Shown one piece after another: positions 10,031-19,762 of a stretch of DNA of 64,000 bases. Both the position numbers and the translations under genes were made by a program. The notes under the pieces were generated by a model. That model was given only the letters and a program-made list of their open reading frames with translations, made no database searches and was not told where the DNA came from. How positions within the stretch are numbered: the stretch's first letter is position 1; the number at the start of each line of letters is the position of its first letter. This DNA is from Nostoc sp. DedSLP01 (GTDB taxonomy: Bacteria; Cyanobacteriota; Cyanobacteriia; Cyanobacteriales; Nostocaceae): NCBI GenBank assembly GCA_034530875.2, contig JAVRCJ020000005.1, positions 32,001 to 96,000 on the forward strand, written 5' to 3'.

Positions 10031-10828
10031 TTAGTCTCCAGTTTCTTGGAGGAACACTTCTCGAATACGGCTTGATGATAGTAGTTGTTTAGTAGCTAGC
10101 CATATAAATAGTGGAATAGTCTTAGAATAGCGACCAAAAAGCCTGCGTGGTTCTTGAATCCATCGATATAGCCATTCCAGTCCTAAGTCTCGAATTATCC
10201 GGGGTGCGCGTTTGTGAATTCCTGCATAAACTGGGAAAACTCCACCGAGTCCAATCATCACAGCTTGTATTTTGCCCTTATGTTGAGCTATCCAATTCTC
10301 TTGTTTTGGACATCCCAGAGACACTAAAACAGCGTTAGCACCACTAGAGTTGATCTTTTTAATCAAAGCTTCATCTTCACTTTCAGTCAAAGGACGAAAG
10401 GGTAGAGGTTCCATAGCGGCAATCTTGATTTGAGGAAATTCTCGCTGTAACCTTTCTTCCATCCGAGCCAGAATTTCTGTTTGAGAACCTAAAAAGAAGA
10501 TACTAATATTTTGTGTTTGAGTTAACTGACACAATGCTAGAAAAATATCCATTCCCGCTACACGGTCTTGATAGCGCGCTCCCATTTTCCGCATCATCCA
10601 TACAAGCGGCATACCATCAGGAGTAACTATGTCTGCATTACGCAATACGCTAGCAAACCTTGGATCCCAATGAGCTTCAATCAACATGTGTACATTTGCT
10701 ACATATACACTCCTACTCTCACGTCTAGTTGCCCACTTGAGTATTGTTTGTATTTGCTCGTTAAAGCGTAAAGCCGTGATAGGAAAATCGAGCACTTTTT
10801 GAGTAGGTAGAAGCACTTTTGCCACCAT
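10031..10828 (-). CDS. WecB/TagA/CpsF family glycosyltransferase
   Basis: ANVHM, PDGMPLVW, RVAGMD, VSLGCPKQE, GLEWLYRWIQEPRRL; CAGGAG RBS before ATG at 10828. Confidence 0.92.
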   Translation of the reverse strand: MVAKVLLPTQKVLDFPITALRFNEQIQTILKWATRRESRSVYVANVHMLIEAHWDPRFASVLRNADIVTPDGMPLVWMMRKMGARYQDRVAGMDIFLALCQLTQTQNISIFFLGSQTEILARMEERLQREFPQIKIAAMEPLPFRPLTESEDEALIKKINSSGANAVLVSLGCPKQENWIAQHKGKIQAVMIGLGGVFPVYAGIHKRAPRIIRDLGLEWLYRWIQEPRRLFGRYSKTIPLFIWLATKQLLSSSRIREVFLQETGD

Positions 10829-11327
10829 AAATAACTCCTGTGTCCAAGAAAAGAATCCATAGATTACCCACACAATTCCTGAATATTTCACAATTCAGGT
10901 TTAGATAACTCCTAGCCTTTTGTAGGCTTGTGTCATCGTTGGAGGTTAACACATGGAGGTGCAATTGCCTTCTCAGTACACTTTTAGCTTTCTCCGTAAT
11001 ACTAGAATTATTTGCTATTGTGTTTTAGTTTACTGGTTTAACCAAGTGATTTCAGAAGCTGTCTGGCAAAATTCATACTTCCTTCATAATTAATTTTTAA
11101 TTCATTCATCCAAGCATTACAATTACGATAAATTCCTATATATTATTTTCAATATTACGTAATATTTGCTACAATCAAAAATTTTGAAGTCAAGATAATT
11201 GCCTGATAGTTACTTTGATGGTTGTGGTATCTAAATATATACTTAAGGGCTGCGATCGCAATTATTATTTTTTCAAAAATAAACTAATAATTAATTTTTT
11301 ATAATTTTTTTGGCATGTCATTATAGC

Positions 11328-11585
11328 TCAAATTCCAGTTCTGTTTTGTATTAAAAAATGCATAATTTTTATTTGTTGTTGCAAGTAAAAGCTAAAAAAT
11401 AAGGGGAAGATAATCTTATCTTCCCCCGGTCTGTTATTTTTGTTATCGTCTGATTTGTTGTTTTCGTTAAGCCTTTGCCGTAACATTTGTCTTTGTTTTT
11501 TGAGTTGCCTCTTTCTGGCGGAACCGCCTCTACCTTTATCGTTTCTACCTTCTCTTCGGGGAGATTCCCATCGTTTGAGTCGCAT
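11328..11585 (-). CDS. Small Lys/Arg-rich protein with an intrinsic terminator inside its ORF (candidate ArfA/BrfA-like ribosome rescue factor)
   Basis: Basic N-terminal 39 aa containing KGRGGSARKR; own promoter; hairpin plus U-tract at codons 53-64. Confidence 0.6.
   Translation of the reverse strand: MRLKRWESPRREGRNDKGRGGSARKRQLKKQRQMLRQRLNENNKSDDNKNNRPGEDKIIFPLFFSFYLQQQIKIMHFLIQNRTGI
11394..11426 (-). terminator. Intrinsic terminator located within the 11328-11585 ORF
   Basis: Minus strand GGGGAAGATA-AGAT-TATCTTCCCC (perfect 10-bp stem) followed by TTATTTTTT. Confidence 0.8.
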
Positions 11586-11626
11586 AGTTTTTGGTTTTTT
11601 GTAGTGAGTATTTTGTTTTGAGCGAC

Positions 11627-11655
11627 ATTCTACCCTATATGGTCTAATATGGCAA
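11627..11655 (-). promoter_or_regulatory. Sigma70-type promoter for the small basic ORF
   Basis: Minus strand TTGCCA (11655-11650), 17-nt spacer, TAGAAT (11632-11627). Confidence 0.65.
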
Positions 11656-11767
11656 CTAATAAAATTGCTTAATTAGCAGAGTAATATCAACTATTACATA
11701 GTATAACACAAATTTTCCGGTAATTTATTCTGTGGAATCAAGCGATCGCCTCGTGGATAGACAGCGT

Positions 11768-12343
11768 TTAACTCAAAATTTGTGCTAAATCCAATACAAA
11801 CCCAGGCAATATATCCTCTCCCGATAAACTAGCAGGCGATTGCAGAATCTCAACATCTTGTTCTGGGCGGTAAATTTCTACACGTTGATTTTGGGGATCG
11901 ATTAACCAGCCCAAACGCACGCCGTTGTTAATATATTCCCGCATTTTTTCTTGCACAGTTCTTAAGCTATCAGAAGCAGAGCGTAATTCCACCGTAAAAT
12001 CGGGAGCCATTGGTAAGAATTTATCGGGGTCTGGATTTAAGGCTTCTAATCGCTTCCGGCTCACCCAAGACGCATCAGGAGATCTATTTGCACCATTCGG
12101 AAGTTTGAAACCAGTAGAAGAGTCAAAAGCCAGCCCTGTACCATCAGCATCAGTCCAATTGCCTAAGCGCTGTGTCAGTCTACTATTGCGATTTCCGCTT
12201 TCCCATCCTGTTGGTGGCATGATAATTAATTCTCCCTCTGCGGTGCGCTCAAGTCGCAAATCTCGATTATTCTGACACAGTTGGAAGAATTGCTCATCTG
12301 TGAGTTCAATGGTGGGATATAAATTGAGAATCAGGGCAGTCAT
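11768..12343 (-). CDS. Uma2 family (DUF820) putative endonuclease
   Basis: ERTAEGELIIMPP, RSPDASWV, PDFTVELRS, GVRLGWLIDP. Confidence 0.92.
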   Translation of the reverse strand: MTALILNLYPTIELTDEQFFQLCQNNRDLRLERTAEGELIIMPPTGWESGNRNSRLTQRLGNWTDADGTGLAFDSSTGFKLPNGANRSPDASWVSRKRLEALNPDPDKFLPMAPDFTVELRSASDSLRTVQEKMREYINNGVRLGWLIDPQNQRVEIYRPEQDVEILQSPASLSGEDILPGFVLDLAQILS

Positions 12344-12513
12344 AATTGCATTTCAATTTTGCTACCTGTAGATTAGCATTGATATGATTTTCAAGAACGC
12401 TGTCTATATAATAGTTTCTAATTATAGATTTCCAGGTGATGATGCAAGACAAAATTTAACCAAAATATTTCAATCCAGTTACAATTACAGCCTTTCATAC
12501 ATTTGAAAATTTT

Positions 12514-13059
12514 ATGCAAAATTGGCCTTCTTGGATTCCTACTCCCCGGTTTTGGGTTAATGCGATCGCTCTTATTCTATTAATAAATGGTTTACAACAT
12601 GCGTTCGCCTATCTGGGAATCATAATTATTCTGCTGATTAATTTTCTCCCCAAGTTTATTTTTGTCAAGTTAATCTATTTATTTAGTTTGGTAGCCCAAC
12701 TTTCTCCAATCCCAGCAGTGGCATTTGTTCATCATTGGCTGCATCGGTTTTTAGATCGCTTTTTCCCAGAAAGCAGAATACCCGAAACCGAATCAGCCCC
12801 AGGAGTTTTTCCAGGTTTGATAAGTTGGTGGGAAGGACTATATGGCTGGTTAGTGAATATTCTCTCAACAGTAATAGTATTTGGTATTTTAGGGCTTTTC
12901 TTGCCTTCTCCCGATCTATTTCATTTTTTAAATTTCTTTAAAGCTGAAGGCCCACCTGTGCTGACAATCTCGACATTATTTGAAGTAATTATTGCTGCTT
13001 ACCTGTATCAATTTGAGTATTTAGTACATCAGCATTTGATAGCAGCGGCTAGACAGTAA
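12514..13059 (+). CDS. Hypothetical membrane protein
   Basis: 181 aa with several hydrophobic segments. Confidence 0.7.
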   Translation: MQNWPSWIPTPRFWVNAIALILLINGLQHAFAYLGIIIILLINFLPKFIFVKLIYLFSLVAQLSPIPAVAFVHHWLHRFLDRFFPESRIPETESAPGVFPGLISWWEGLYGWLVNILSTVIVFGILGLFLPSPDLFHFLNFFKAEGPPVLTISTLFEVIIAAYLYQFEYLVHQHLIAAARQ

Positions 13060-13159
13060 ATTTTAAGTCAAATTATTTGCTGATTAGAAATCACAGGTAA
13101 ATAATTTACAAATTAAAAATTTCCGAATTTTTTCAGTCAAAAATTCTTACCTAAAAAAA

Positions 13160-14494
13160 TCAAATAAATTTAATATCAGCTTCTAAAGTATCCTTAACTT
13201 TAGAACCTTTACAATATGGAGTAACTGTAGAATAATCGGGTTTCACTGTCCAATCGTAATGGCGAAGTAGTGTAGAAAGCACGATTTTCATCTCCATTTG
13301 AGCAAATTCCATACCTAAGCAGCTATGAGAACCACTGCCAAAACCTATTAGTGCTAAAGGATGCTTTTTGTCTTCTTCACAAGGTGGTGCAAAGCGGTCG
13401 GGGTCGAAGCTGTGAGGATCGGTGTAAAGTTCTGGTAGACGGTGAGTCAGCATTGGCGAAATTGTCACAAACCAACCGGCGGGAATGCGATAGCCCGCAT
13501 ATTCAATATCTTTGAGGACGCCCCGATTATAGGCATACACTGGAGGATGAAGGCGTTCTGTTTCTTTGAGGACGTTGGTTAATTCTGGAAATTGTTTGAG
13601 ATGGGACAGGCTGAGGGGATTATTTCCCACAACTGCTAACTGTTCTTTACGCAGTCGCTCTCGCCATTCTGGGCGATGACCCAATTCAAATATGACCCAA
13701 CTGAGCAAAGAAGCTGTAGTTTCATGTCCTGCAAACAACAGTAATAATGCTTCGTTAATTACCTGTGCTTGGCTTAACTTATTGCCGTCTTCATCAACAG
13801 CGGCTAGTAATAATCCTAAAACATCTTTTGATGCTTCTAAATTACCTTTTTCGATACGCTGGGCAATAACTTGATTCAAAAAAGCCACTAATTTATTCCT
13901 GGCATTTTGACCGCGACCGTATAAAGTAAAAGGAACATTCCATTTGAGTATTGCCAGACTACTATCAATTAATTGTGTAAACCATTGACTAGTTTGCTCT
14001 ACTTCACTTTGGTTTTGGGTTCCTAAAAACAGGCTAGTAGCAACTTTCAGAGTTAATTGGCGAAAACTAGAATTTAAAGAAATTGTTCCTCGTTCTCCCC
14101 AATCTTTGAGGAAGTCTTCGACTATATTTTTGATTGTATCGAAGTATGTAGCGATCGCTTTACCGTGAAATGCTGGATACATTAAGCGGCGAGTTAGCCG
14201 ATGTTCTTCGCCATCTTGTAATAAAATATTATTGCCAAATGTGGGTTCTAAAAAATACCAACCCAACCGTGATGACATGTGTTCTGCTTGTTCTATTAGC
14301 ACCAAGCGATTAGCATCAGGGCCAATTAAATAAGCACGTTTACGTCCCAGCACCCTGGTTTTAAAAACCGGGCCATACTGATGGAATCGTCGCCATATAT
14401 ACAGTTCTAAATCGCGGAATATTTCCAAAGTTTCACCCAAGAAGGGCAAACCATAAGTACCAGGTATTTCCTCAGCGGATTTTAGTTGTCCCAT
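13160..14494 (-). CDS. Cytochrome P450 (CYP120-like)
   Basis: AGHETT I-helix, ETER (ExxR), FDPDRF, heme motif FGSGSHSCLG. Confidence 0.93.
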   Translation of the reverse strand: MGQLKSAEEIPGTYGLPFLGETLEIFRDLELYIWRRFHQYGPVFKTRVLGRKRAYLIGPDANRLVLIEQAEHMSSRLGWYFLEPTFGNNILLQDGEEHRLTRRLMYPAFHGKAIATYFDTIKNIVEDFLKDWGERGTISLNSSFRQLTLKVATSLFLGTQNQSEVEQTSQWFTQLIDSSLAILKWNVPFTLYGRGQNARNKLVAFLNQVIAQRIEKGNLEASKDVLGLLLAAVDEDGNKLSQAQVINEALLLLFAGHETTASLLSWVIFELGHRPEWRERLRKEQLAVVGNNPLSLSHLKQFPELTNVLKETERLHPPVYAYNRGVLKDIEYAGYRIPAGWFVTISPMLTHRLPELYTDPHSFDPDRFAPPCEEDKKHPLALIGFGSGSHSCLGMEFAQMEMKIVLSTLLRHYDWTVKPDYSTVTPYCKGSKVKDTLEADIKFI

Positions 14495-14615
14495 ATCTTG
14501 AGTACCTCTAGCAGTAATTAGCCTACGCTAACTACTCAATTTTAGAAGGTGCGATCGCTTTTAAATAAACCGACAATTTCCGGCTTTACTTTATTGATGC
14601 GTAATATTGCTGAAA

Positions 14616-14721
14616 TGGGGAATGGGCAGATGGAGAGATGAGGAGATGGGGGAGTGTGGGGAGAAAAATTTCTTCCCCATCCCCCCACACCTCCCACACT
14701 CCCTGTTTGCCCAATACCCCA
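14616..14721. repeat. Dispersed composite palindromic repeat, copy 2
   Basis: GGGAGTGTGGGGAG..CCCCACAC..CCCTGTTTGCCC, similar to 1130-1225. Confidence 0.75.
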
Positions 14722-14733
14722 TAAACCTTTCTA

Positions 14734-15339
14734 CTAGTCAGTTGTTTTTGAATTGACAACTTGGCTGCCATGACTGCGGGGATCGTCTTGATTGGCCTTT
14801 GGTGCTACCGGGGCTGAGAATTTGGAAACTTGACCGCTAGATTGACCGTAAGGAAGAGGCGAGTCAGTAACTAAAGCCTCTAAGTTGCTAGCCATAATCG
14901 TGCGGGGTTGGTCGCCAATGGCTTGGGCAATGGTTTCGCCGCCTGGTTTCAAAAATACAAAATGCGGAATCCCATCTACCCGATATTTCAACATTTCTGG
15001 TAGCCATTTGGTATTATCTACATTTAGCATCACAAAGTTCAGCTTGTCGGCATATTGTGTTTCGAGTTGAGCGATATCTGGGGCCATTTTTTGGCAGACA
15101 GTACACCAATCAGCATAAAACTCCACTAAAGATGGTTTGCCGTTAGTCATTGCTACTTCTAACGGTGTGGAACTTTCACTTAATTTAGTAAGGGACGCTG
15201 AAGTAGTTTCTGTTCGCAATCCCAAGAAAAAAGCTACGCTAAGAGCGATCGCTACGATTGCAACTAAGAAGTTTCTCAAACGCTTCCCTAAGGTGGATTC
15301 AGACTTTTCGGGAGAATTAGCTGGCGAATCCGTACTCAT
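14734..15339 (-). CDS. txlA: Membrane-anchored thioredoxin-like thiol:disulfide protein (TxlA/HCF164 type)
   Basis: N-terminal TM, EFYADWCTVC, NVDNTKW, VDGIPHF, DDPRSHG tail. Confidence 0.8.
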   Translation of the reverse strand: MSTDSPANSPEKSESTLGKRLRNFLVAIVAIALSVAFFLGLRTETTSASLTKLSESSTPLEVAMTNGKPSLVEFYADWCTVCQKMAPDIAQLETQYADKLNFVMLNVDNTKWLPEMLKYRVDGIPHFVFLKPGGETIAQAIGDQPRTIMASNLEALVTDSPLPYGQSSGQVSKFSAPVAPKANQDDPRSHGSQVVNSKTTD

Positions 15340-15742
15340 AACAGAATTATTACAACTTATTAATTAGCCTTTTTCAGTTTAGCTGACTCGAACCCCTTGA
15401 GAAGAAACACTCTTATACCAATTCAAAATTCACGCATTAAAGAAACTAGATATTACAAGGATTTGAGTCTGTGTATCTGTCGCATTCTTTTTTCAACAGG
15501 CAAAACCCACGGAGGTGGGTTTTAAAACCTTGATTCTTCATTAGTCCGCGCAGGCCGACGAAAGCCTGTGTAGTAGCGAATTATATTCGCCTAAAACTTT
15601 TTAAACAACCTCTAATAGGGAACGGAAAAATCCCCATAATTAAAATTAGGGGATTTATGTAAAGACGCATTGAAACTTTTTGGCTTGCACCATCCGGTTT
15701 CAAATATTTTGTTGTTTCATAACAAATGGTGGGTACGGTAAC

Positions 15743-17653
15743 TTACAAAATCGCTCCAGTTTCTTTCAAATAAACCCGTGTAAATGGTTCATCTTCAGTC
15801 AACGTGTAATCTTCAATTAAGCCTTTACGACGAATAGAAATGTCGCTGTCTTTTCTAGTCACCACAGTAGAATTGTCGAAGACATCGCGCACTAATATCA
15901 TCTCGGTTTCACTGGGATTATCCAAAACTACGAGATTGCTGCGCTCGTAAAACATACCCTCTTCTTCTAATATGTTTTCTGGATACTCAGCAATCAACAA
16001 ATCAAGTTTGGGATGACGTAGCAAACTTTGGACGTTGCTGTTGTAATTTTTGTTTAATACTTTTTTCGAGCGATTCACAAAAACTCCGTCACGACAAACA
16101 GCGCCAATCGTCCAGTCGGGATGTTGCAAAAGAATATGGTCAATTGTTGTTTGCAGTTCTTCAACTGAGATTTTATTGAAGGTGATAATCGGTATCCTGG
16201 CATCTGTACCAGACTCAAAAAACGTTGCCAAAATGTGAGAAGGCACATCAACGCTTTCACCTTCAGAAGGTTTAAGATGCATTAAAATTCCTGGTGCGGC
16301 ATTAATTTCCAAGATGGCAAAATTACCGTTTTTCCAGGATTCGGAGAGGCTTTTAGTAATGACATCAATACCCAAGCAGGTCAACTGAAAGTGTTGGGCA
16401 ATATCTTGGGCAAAAATGATATTGTCATCATGAACCATAGACGTTGCATTGATGCTCATACCCCCAGCGGAAAGATTGGCGACTTTACGCAGGTAGACAG
16501 TGCGTCCCTTCTCTATCACGCTGTCTAACGACAAACGCTGTTCGTCTAGGTAGAGTTCCATCGCAGCATCCACGAGAATTTTACTCATGGGTGAGGTGGG
16601 TGAATCTAAACGTGCCGGTTTGCGGTTTTCTTTGCGAATTAATTCGGCGATAGTTAAATAGCCGTCACCAACAACCGATGCCGGACGGCGTTCTGTGGCA
16701 GCGACAAATTTACCATTGACACACAACAAGCGAAAATCCGATCCCGAGATGCTTTGTTCTACTATGATTCTGGTTGCCTGGTCTTCAGGAATCGCTGCTA
16801 CTGCCCGCTTAAAAGCAGATTCCAGTTCTATCGAGTCTTGCACGTCGGCTGTAACGCCAATTCCTTTGTGACCTACCACTGGCTTAACTGCTACTGGGTA
16901 GCCGATTTCTCTGGCAGCTGCCAAAGCTTCCTTTTCGGAAAAGACGATATCGCCTTCGGGTACTGGAAAACCCAAGGTTTTCAAAAATGCCTTACAGTCA
17001 TCTTTGCGGGTAGTAAATTCCGAATCTAGATGGCTATCAGGATTAAATGTTGTTGCTACCCCGCGCACGTGTTTTTTGCCAAAACCGTATTGCATCAATC
17101 CTTCTTCCCACAGATAAAATGCGGGAATACATTTTTCGTGGGCTGTTCGCAATAGGGCGTAGACGGTGGGACCGCCGTAGACGGAGGCGCGGAATCTATT
17201 TTGCAGGATCGCTAGTTGATCTTCAAAGTCGAAGTCTTTGTCTTGGGTAATGGCCTCAAACCAATCCCAAACAAAGTAGACTACTTCTCTGGTTGTGCGT
17301 TCGTGTAGAGATTCTATGGCAATTCGGCTAGATTTGAGACTTGGCTTGACACTCCAGCGGTTGAGGTGCAAATCCATGTCCAATTTGCTGACTTGCGATG
17401 CTACTTGGGCAAACAGATGAGCGTAGGATTCGTAGCTTTGGTCGCGTAGCTGGAGATAGCGATCGCCAATGCTCGAAATATAATCCTCAATAGGCAAAGG
17501 CTCTTTCAACTCAACTAGAGCAAAATCAAATACTAGCGCCCCTGTATCTAAATAAGGGTTAGCTCCAATGTAATGCTTGAAGTTGAAAATATCGAATACA
17601 TCCGTTCTTCTAGCATTAATGCGGACTAGCTCGCTACTTTTTTGTTGAACCAT
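15743..17653 (-). CDS. cphA2: Cyanophycin synthetase 2 (short ATP-grasp type)
   Basis: 636 aa; GYPVAVKPVVGHKGIGVT, DFRLLCVNGKFVAATER, ANLSAGG, LEINAAPG; divergent from a cyanophycinase. Confidence 0.88.
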   Translation of the reverse strand: MVQQKSSELVRINARRTDVFDIFNFKHYIGANPYLDTGALVFDFALVELKEPLPIEDYISSIGDRYLQLRDQSYESYAHLFAQVASQVSKLDMDLHLNRWSVKPSLKSSRIAIESLHERTTREVVYFVWDWFEAITQDKDFDFEDQLAILQNRFRASVYGGPTVYALLRTAHEKCIPAFYLWEEGLMQYGFGKKHVRGVATTFNPDSHLDSEFTTRKDDCKAFLKTLGFPVPEGDIVFSEKEALAAAREIGYPVAVKPVVGHKGIGVTADVQDSIELESAFKRAVAAIPEDQATRIIVEQSISGSDFRLLCVNGKFVAATERRPASVVGDGYLTIAELIRKENRKPARLDSPTSPMSKILVDAAMELYLDEQRLSLDSVIEKGRTVYLRKVANLSAGGMSINATSMVHDDNIIFAQDIAQHFQLTCLGIDVITKSLSESWKNGNFAILEINAAPGILMHLKPSEGESVDVPSHILATFFESGTDARIPIITFNKISVEELQTTIDHILLQHPDWTIGAVCRDGVFVNRSKKVLNKNYNSNVQSLLRHPKLDLLIAEYPENILEEEGMFYERSNLVVLDNPSETEMILVRDVFDNSTVVTRKDSDISIRRKGLIEDYTLTEDEPFTRVYLKETGAIL

Positions 17654-18143
17654 TGATTGTGAACCTTTGGCTAAACACCCTGGGATTAAAATGCTGAGTT
17701 TTGATTACTCAAACTTATTGATTGTCAGAATTTTTCAGTTTGAATTTACGAGTCAGAATCATCAAGATATTCGATTAATGAAACAAATTAAGGTACCAAG
17801 CAGATTAGACTTCTAATAACTCTGACTAATTAACGGTAGTTGCTTGAAATTTGTAAACTATAGCAACCTACCGCCTCCTCGTGAATATTGAATTCTGACA
17901 ATCGATCGCATCAATTTTGGTAAGTGATAGTTTTGTCATTAAATCGAACCGAACCTACATTAACGAGATTAATAAGCATATTCAACTATCTCAAGGCATA
18001 ATTCAATTTTCATTCATTAGCAAAAAAAAATTACATTCAATTCATCCTGATGAATAATCAAACTTATGACCTTTGAAAGGTGCAATTGATTAACAATTAT
18101 TTGTATAAATGGATATTAGGGTATTTGAGGAAACAGCAAAGTT

Positions 18144-18347
18144 ATGAATGGCACGCAATCTGCTCTGAGAGAAGAAGTTAGACTACTGGCTGAGGAAGCT
18201 TTTCACCGGAAGCTGATTTCTGGGCATGGAGATGGGCCAGACATCAAAGAATATCAAATTGTCTATCAAGGTAAACCCAGGCATCTCCCACTAGAACAAG
18301 CACGTTTATTCTTGAATAATTTGCTTTACAGAAGCGGCATTCATTAA
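18144..18347 (+). CDS. Small hypothetical protein in the cph2 cluster
   Basis: 67 aa, GAGG RBS, co-oriented with cphB2. Confidence 0.65.
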   Translation: MNGTQSALREEVRLLAEEAFHRKLISGHGDGPDIKEYQIVYQGKPRHLPLEQARLFLNNLLYRSGIH

Positions 18348-18759
18348 ATAATGCATTAGAAAATTTGGCATTTTAGATTTGGAATTTTAAATTAGGCCTG
18401 CGGAGAAATCCGCAGGCTGAAGAATTTTTGGATTCTGAAAAAAGTTTTCTGGCATCGCCAATCGATAATTTTTTTTGAAAGAGCCAATTAGACTTATAAT
18501 AATCTGTTTTAATTGGCAAACATATTCTTTACTAATATCCTCATTATACCTCTAGAGGTTATTGAAGAAGAAACCTTTATTTAGTTAATCTAAATTAGTT
18601 CCCAGGATAGCCATTTCTCCAGCTTGAGTAAATCTTTTGATTTGATAGCGATCGCAATTTTTCATCCTAAATTTTGTCAGTGTTCTACCAAACGGAAGAT
18701 ATTATAAATTGAATTGTCATGGTTTATTAAAATTTATCTCAATTAAATCAGGGGTCATC

Positions 18760-19602
18760 ATGGCAGAAAGTAATTTTAAACGACAGTTAGTAATTATTGG
18801 CGGAGCCGAAGACAAAGAAGGAGATTCCCAAATTCTACGGGAATTTGTACGCCGCGCTGGAGGCACAAAAGCAAATATTGTGATTATGACAGCGGCGACA
18901 GAACTACCCAGAGAAGTGGGAGAAAATTATATTAGAGTGTTTGAGCGATTAGGAGCCGAAAATGTCCGTATCGTTGATACAGAAACTCGCGATGATGCGT
19001 CTTCATCTACGGCATTGAAAGCCATTGACAATGCAACTGGCATATTTTTTACCGGCGGAGACCAAGCCCGCATCACCGGTATCCTCAAAGATACTGACAT
19101 CGATGCAGCGATTCACAAACGCTATGCTGAAGGTGCAGTTATTGCAGGTACCAGTGCTGGAGCTGCGGTAATGCCAGATAAAATGATTGTGGAAGGTGAT
19201 TCGCAAACCAACCCGCGGATCGAAACTGTGGAAATGGGCCCCGGTATGGGATTTCTCCCAGGAGTAGTTATCGATCAACATTTTTCTCAGCGTGGAAGAT
19301 TGGGACGCTTAATTTCCGCCTTGGTACTAGAGCCGGCTGTTTTGGGATTCGGTATTGATGAAAATACCGCGATGGTTGTGACAGATAATCACATTGAAGT
19401 GATTGGCGAAGGCGCGGTCACAATTGTCGATGAATCGGAAGCTACATATAACAATGTGGATGAAATTTTGAAAGATGAGCCGTTGGCGATTTGTGGAGCC
19501 AAGCTACATATTTTACCACATGGCTTTAAATTCGACCTGCAAACCCGCAAACCTATTCTCAATAATGGCTCTGTGCCAAATGTCTCTGTAGGGGTTAGTT
19601 GA
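18760..19602 (+). CDS. cphB2: Cyanophycinase (peptidase S51)
   Basis: IIGGAEDK, FFTGGDQ, GTSAGA catalytic Ser, IDQHF, GIDENT. Confidence 0.9.
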   Translation: MAESNFKRQLVIIGGAEDKEGDSQILREFVRRAGGTKANIVIMTAATELPREVGENYIRVFERLGAENVRIVDTETRDDASSSTALKAIDNATGIFFTGGDQARITGILKDTDIDAAIHKRYAEGAVIAGTSAGAAVMPDKMIVEGDSQTNPRIETVEMGPGMGFLPGVVIDQHFSQRGRLGRLISALVLEPAVLGFGIDENTAMVVTDNHIEVIGEGAVTIVDESEATYNNVDEILKDEPLAICGAKLHILPHGFKFDLQTRKPILNNGSVPNVSVGVS

Positions 19603-19707
19603 TTTAAGTCCTGTGACTCCAAATCGTCGAAGCAGAGTTACTATTTCTTATATATTAAGAATTAGTTAATAAACGTTTAATTTAGCAAAATGCAGTCATC
19701 ATAAAAT

Positions 19708-19739
19708 ACTGGGAAATTCTTGAATTTTCCCAGTTTTTT
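19708..19739 (+). terminator. Terminator-like hairpin between cphB2 and the phosphonate genes
   Basis: ACTGGGAAA...TTTCCCAGT followed by a T-run. Confidence 0.55.
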
Positions 19740-19762
19740 GGTATCTTAGCTCAGTAAGTAAC

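Noticed and set aside
7012..11300. Genomic island integrated at tRNA-Gln
   Set aside because: The AT-rich block lies on the 5' side of the tRNA; no integrase and no duplicated tRNA 3' end were seen.
13160..14494. P450 as part of the hopanoid or phosphonate pathway
   Set aside because: It is separated from those genes by txlA and the cyanophycin cluster, with no operon link.
19654..19683. Pho-box-like TTAA x3 at 11-nt period upstream of the phosphonate operon
   Set aside because: Flanking bases match the PyTTAAPyPyW consensus poorly, the region is AT-rich, and a terminator-like hairpin lies between it and the gene.
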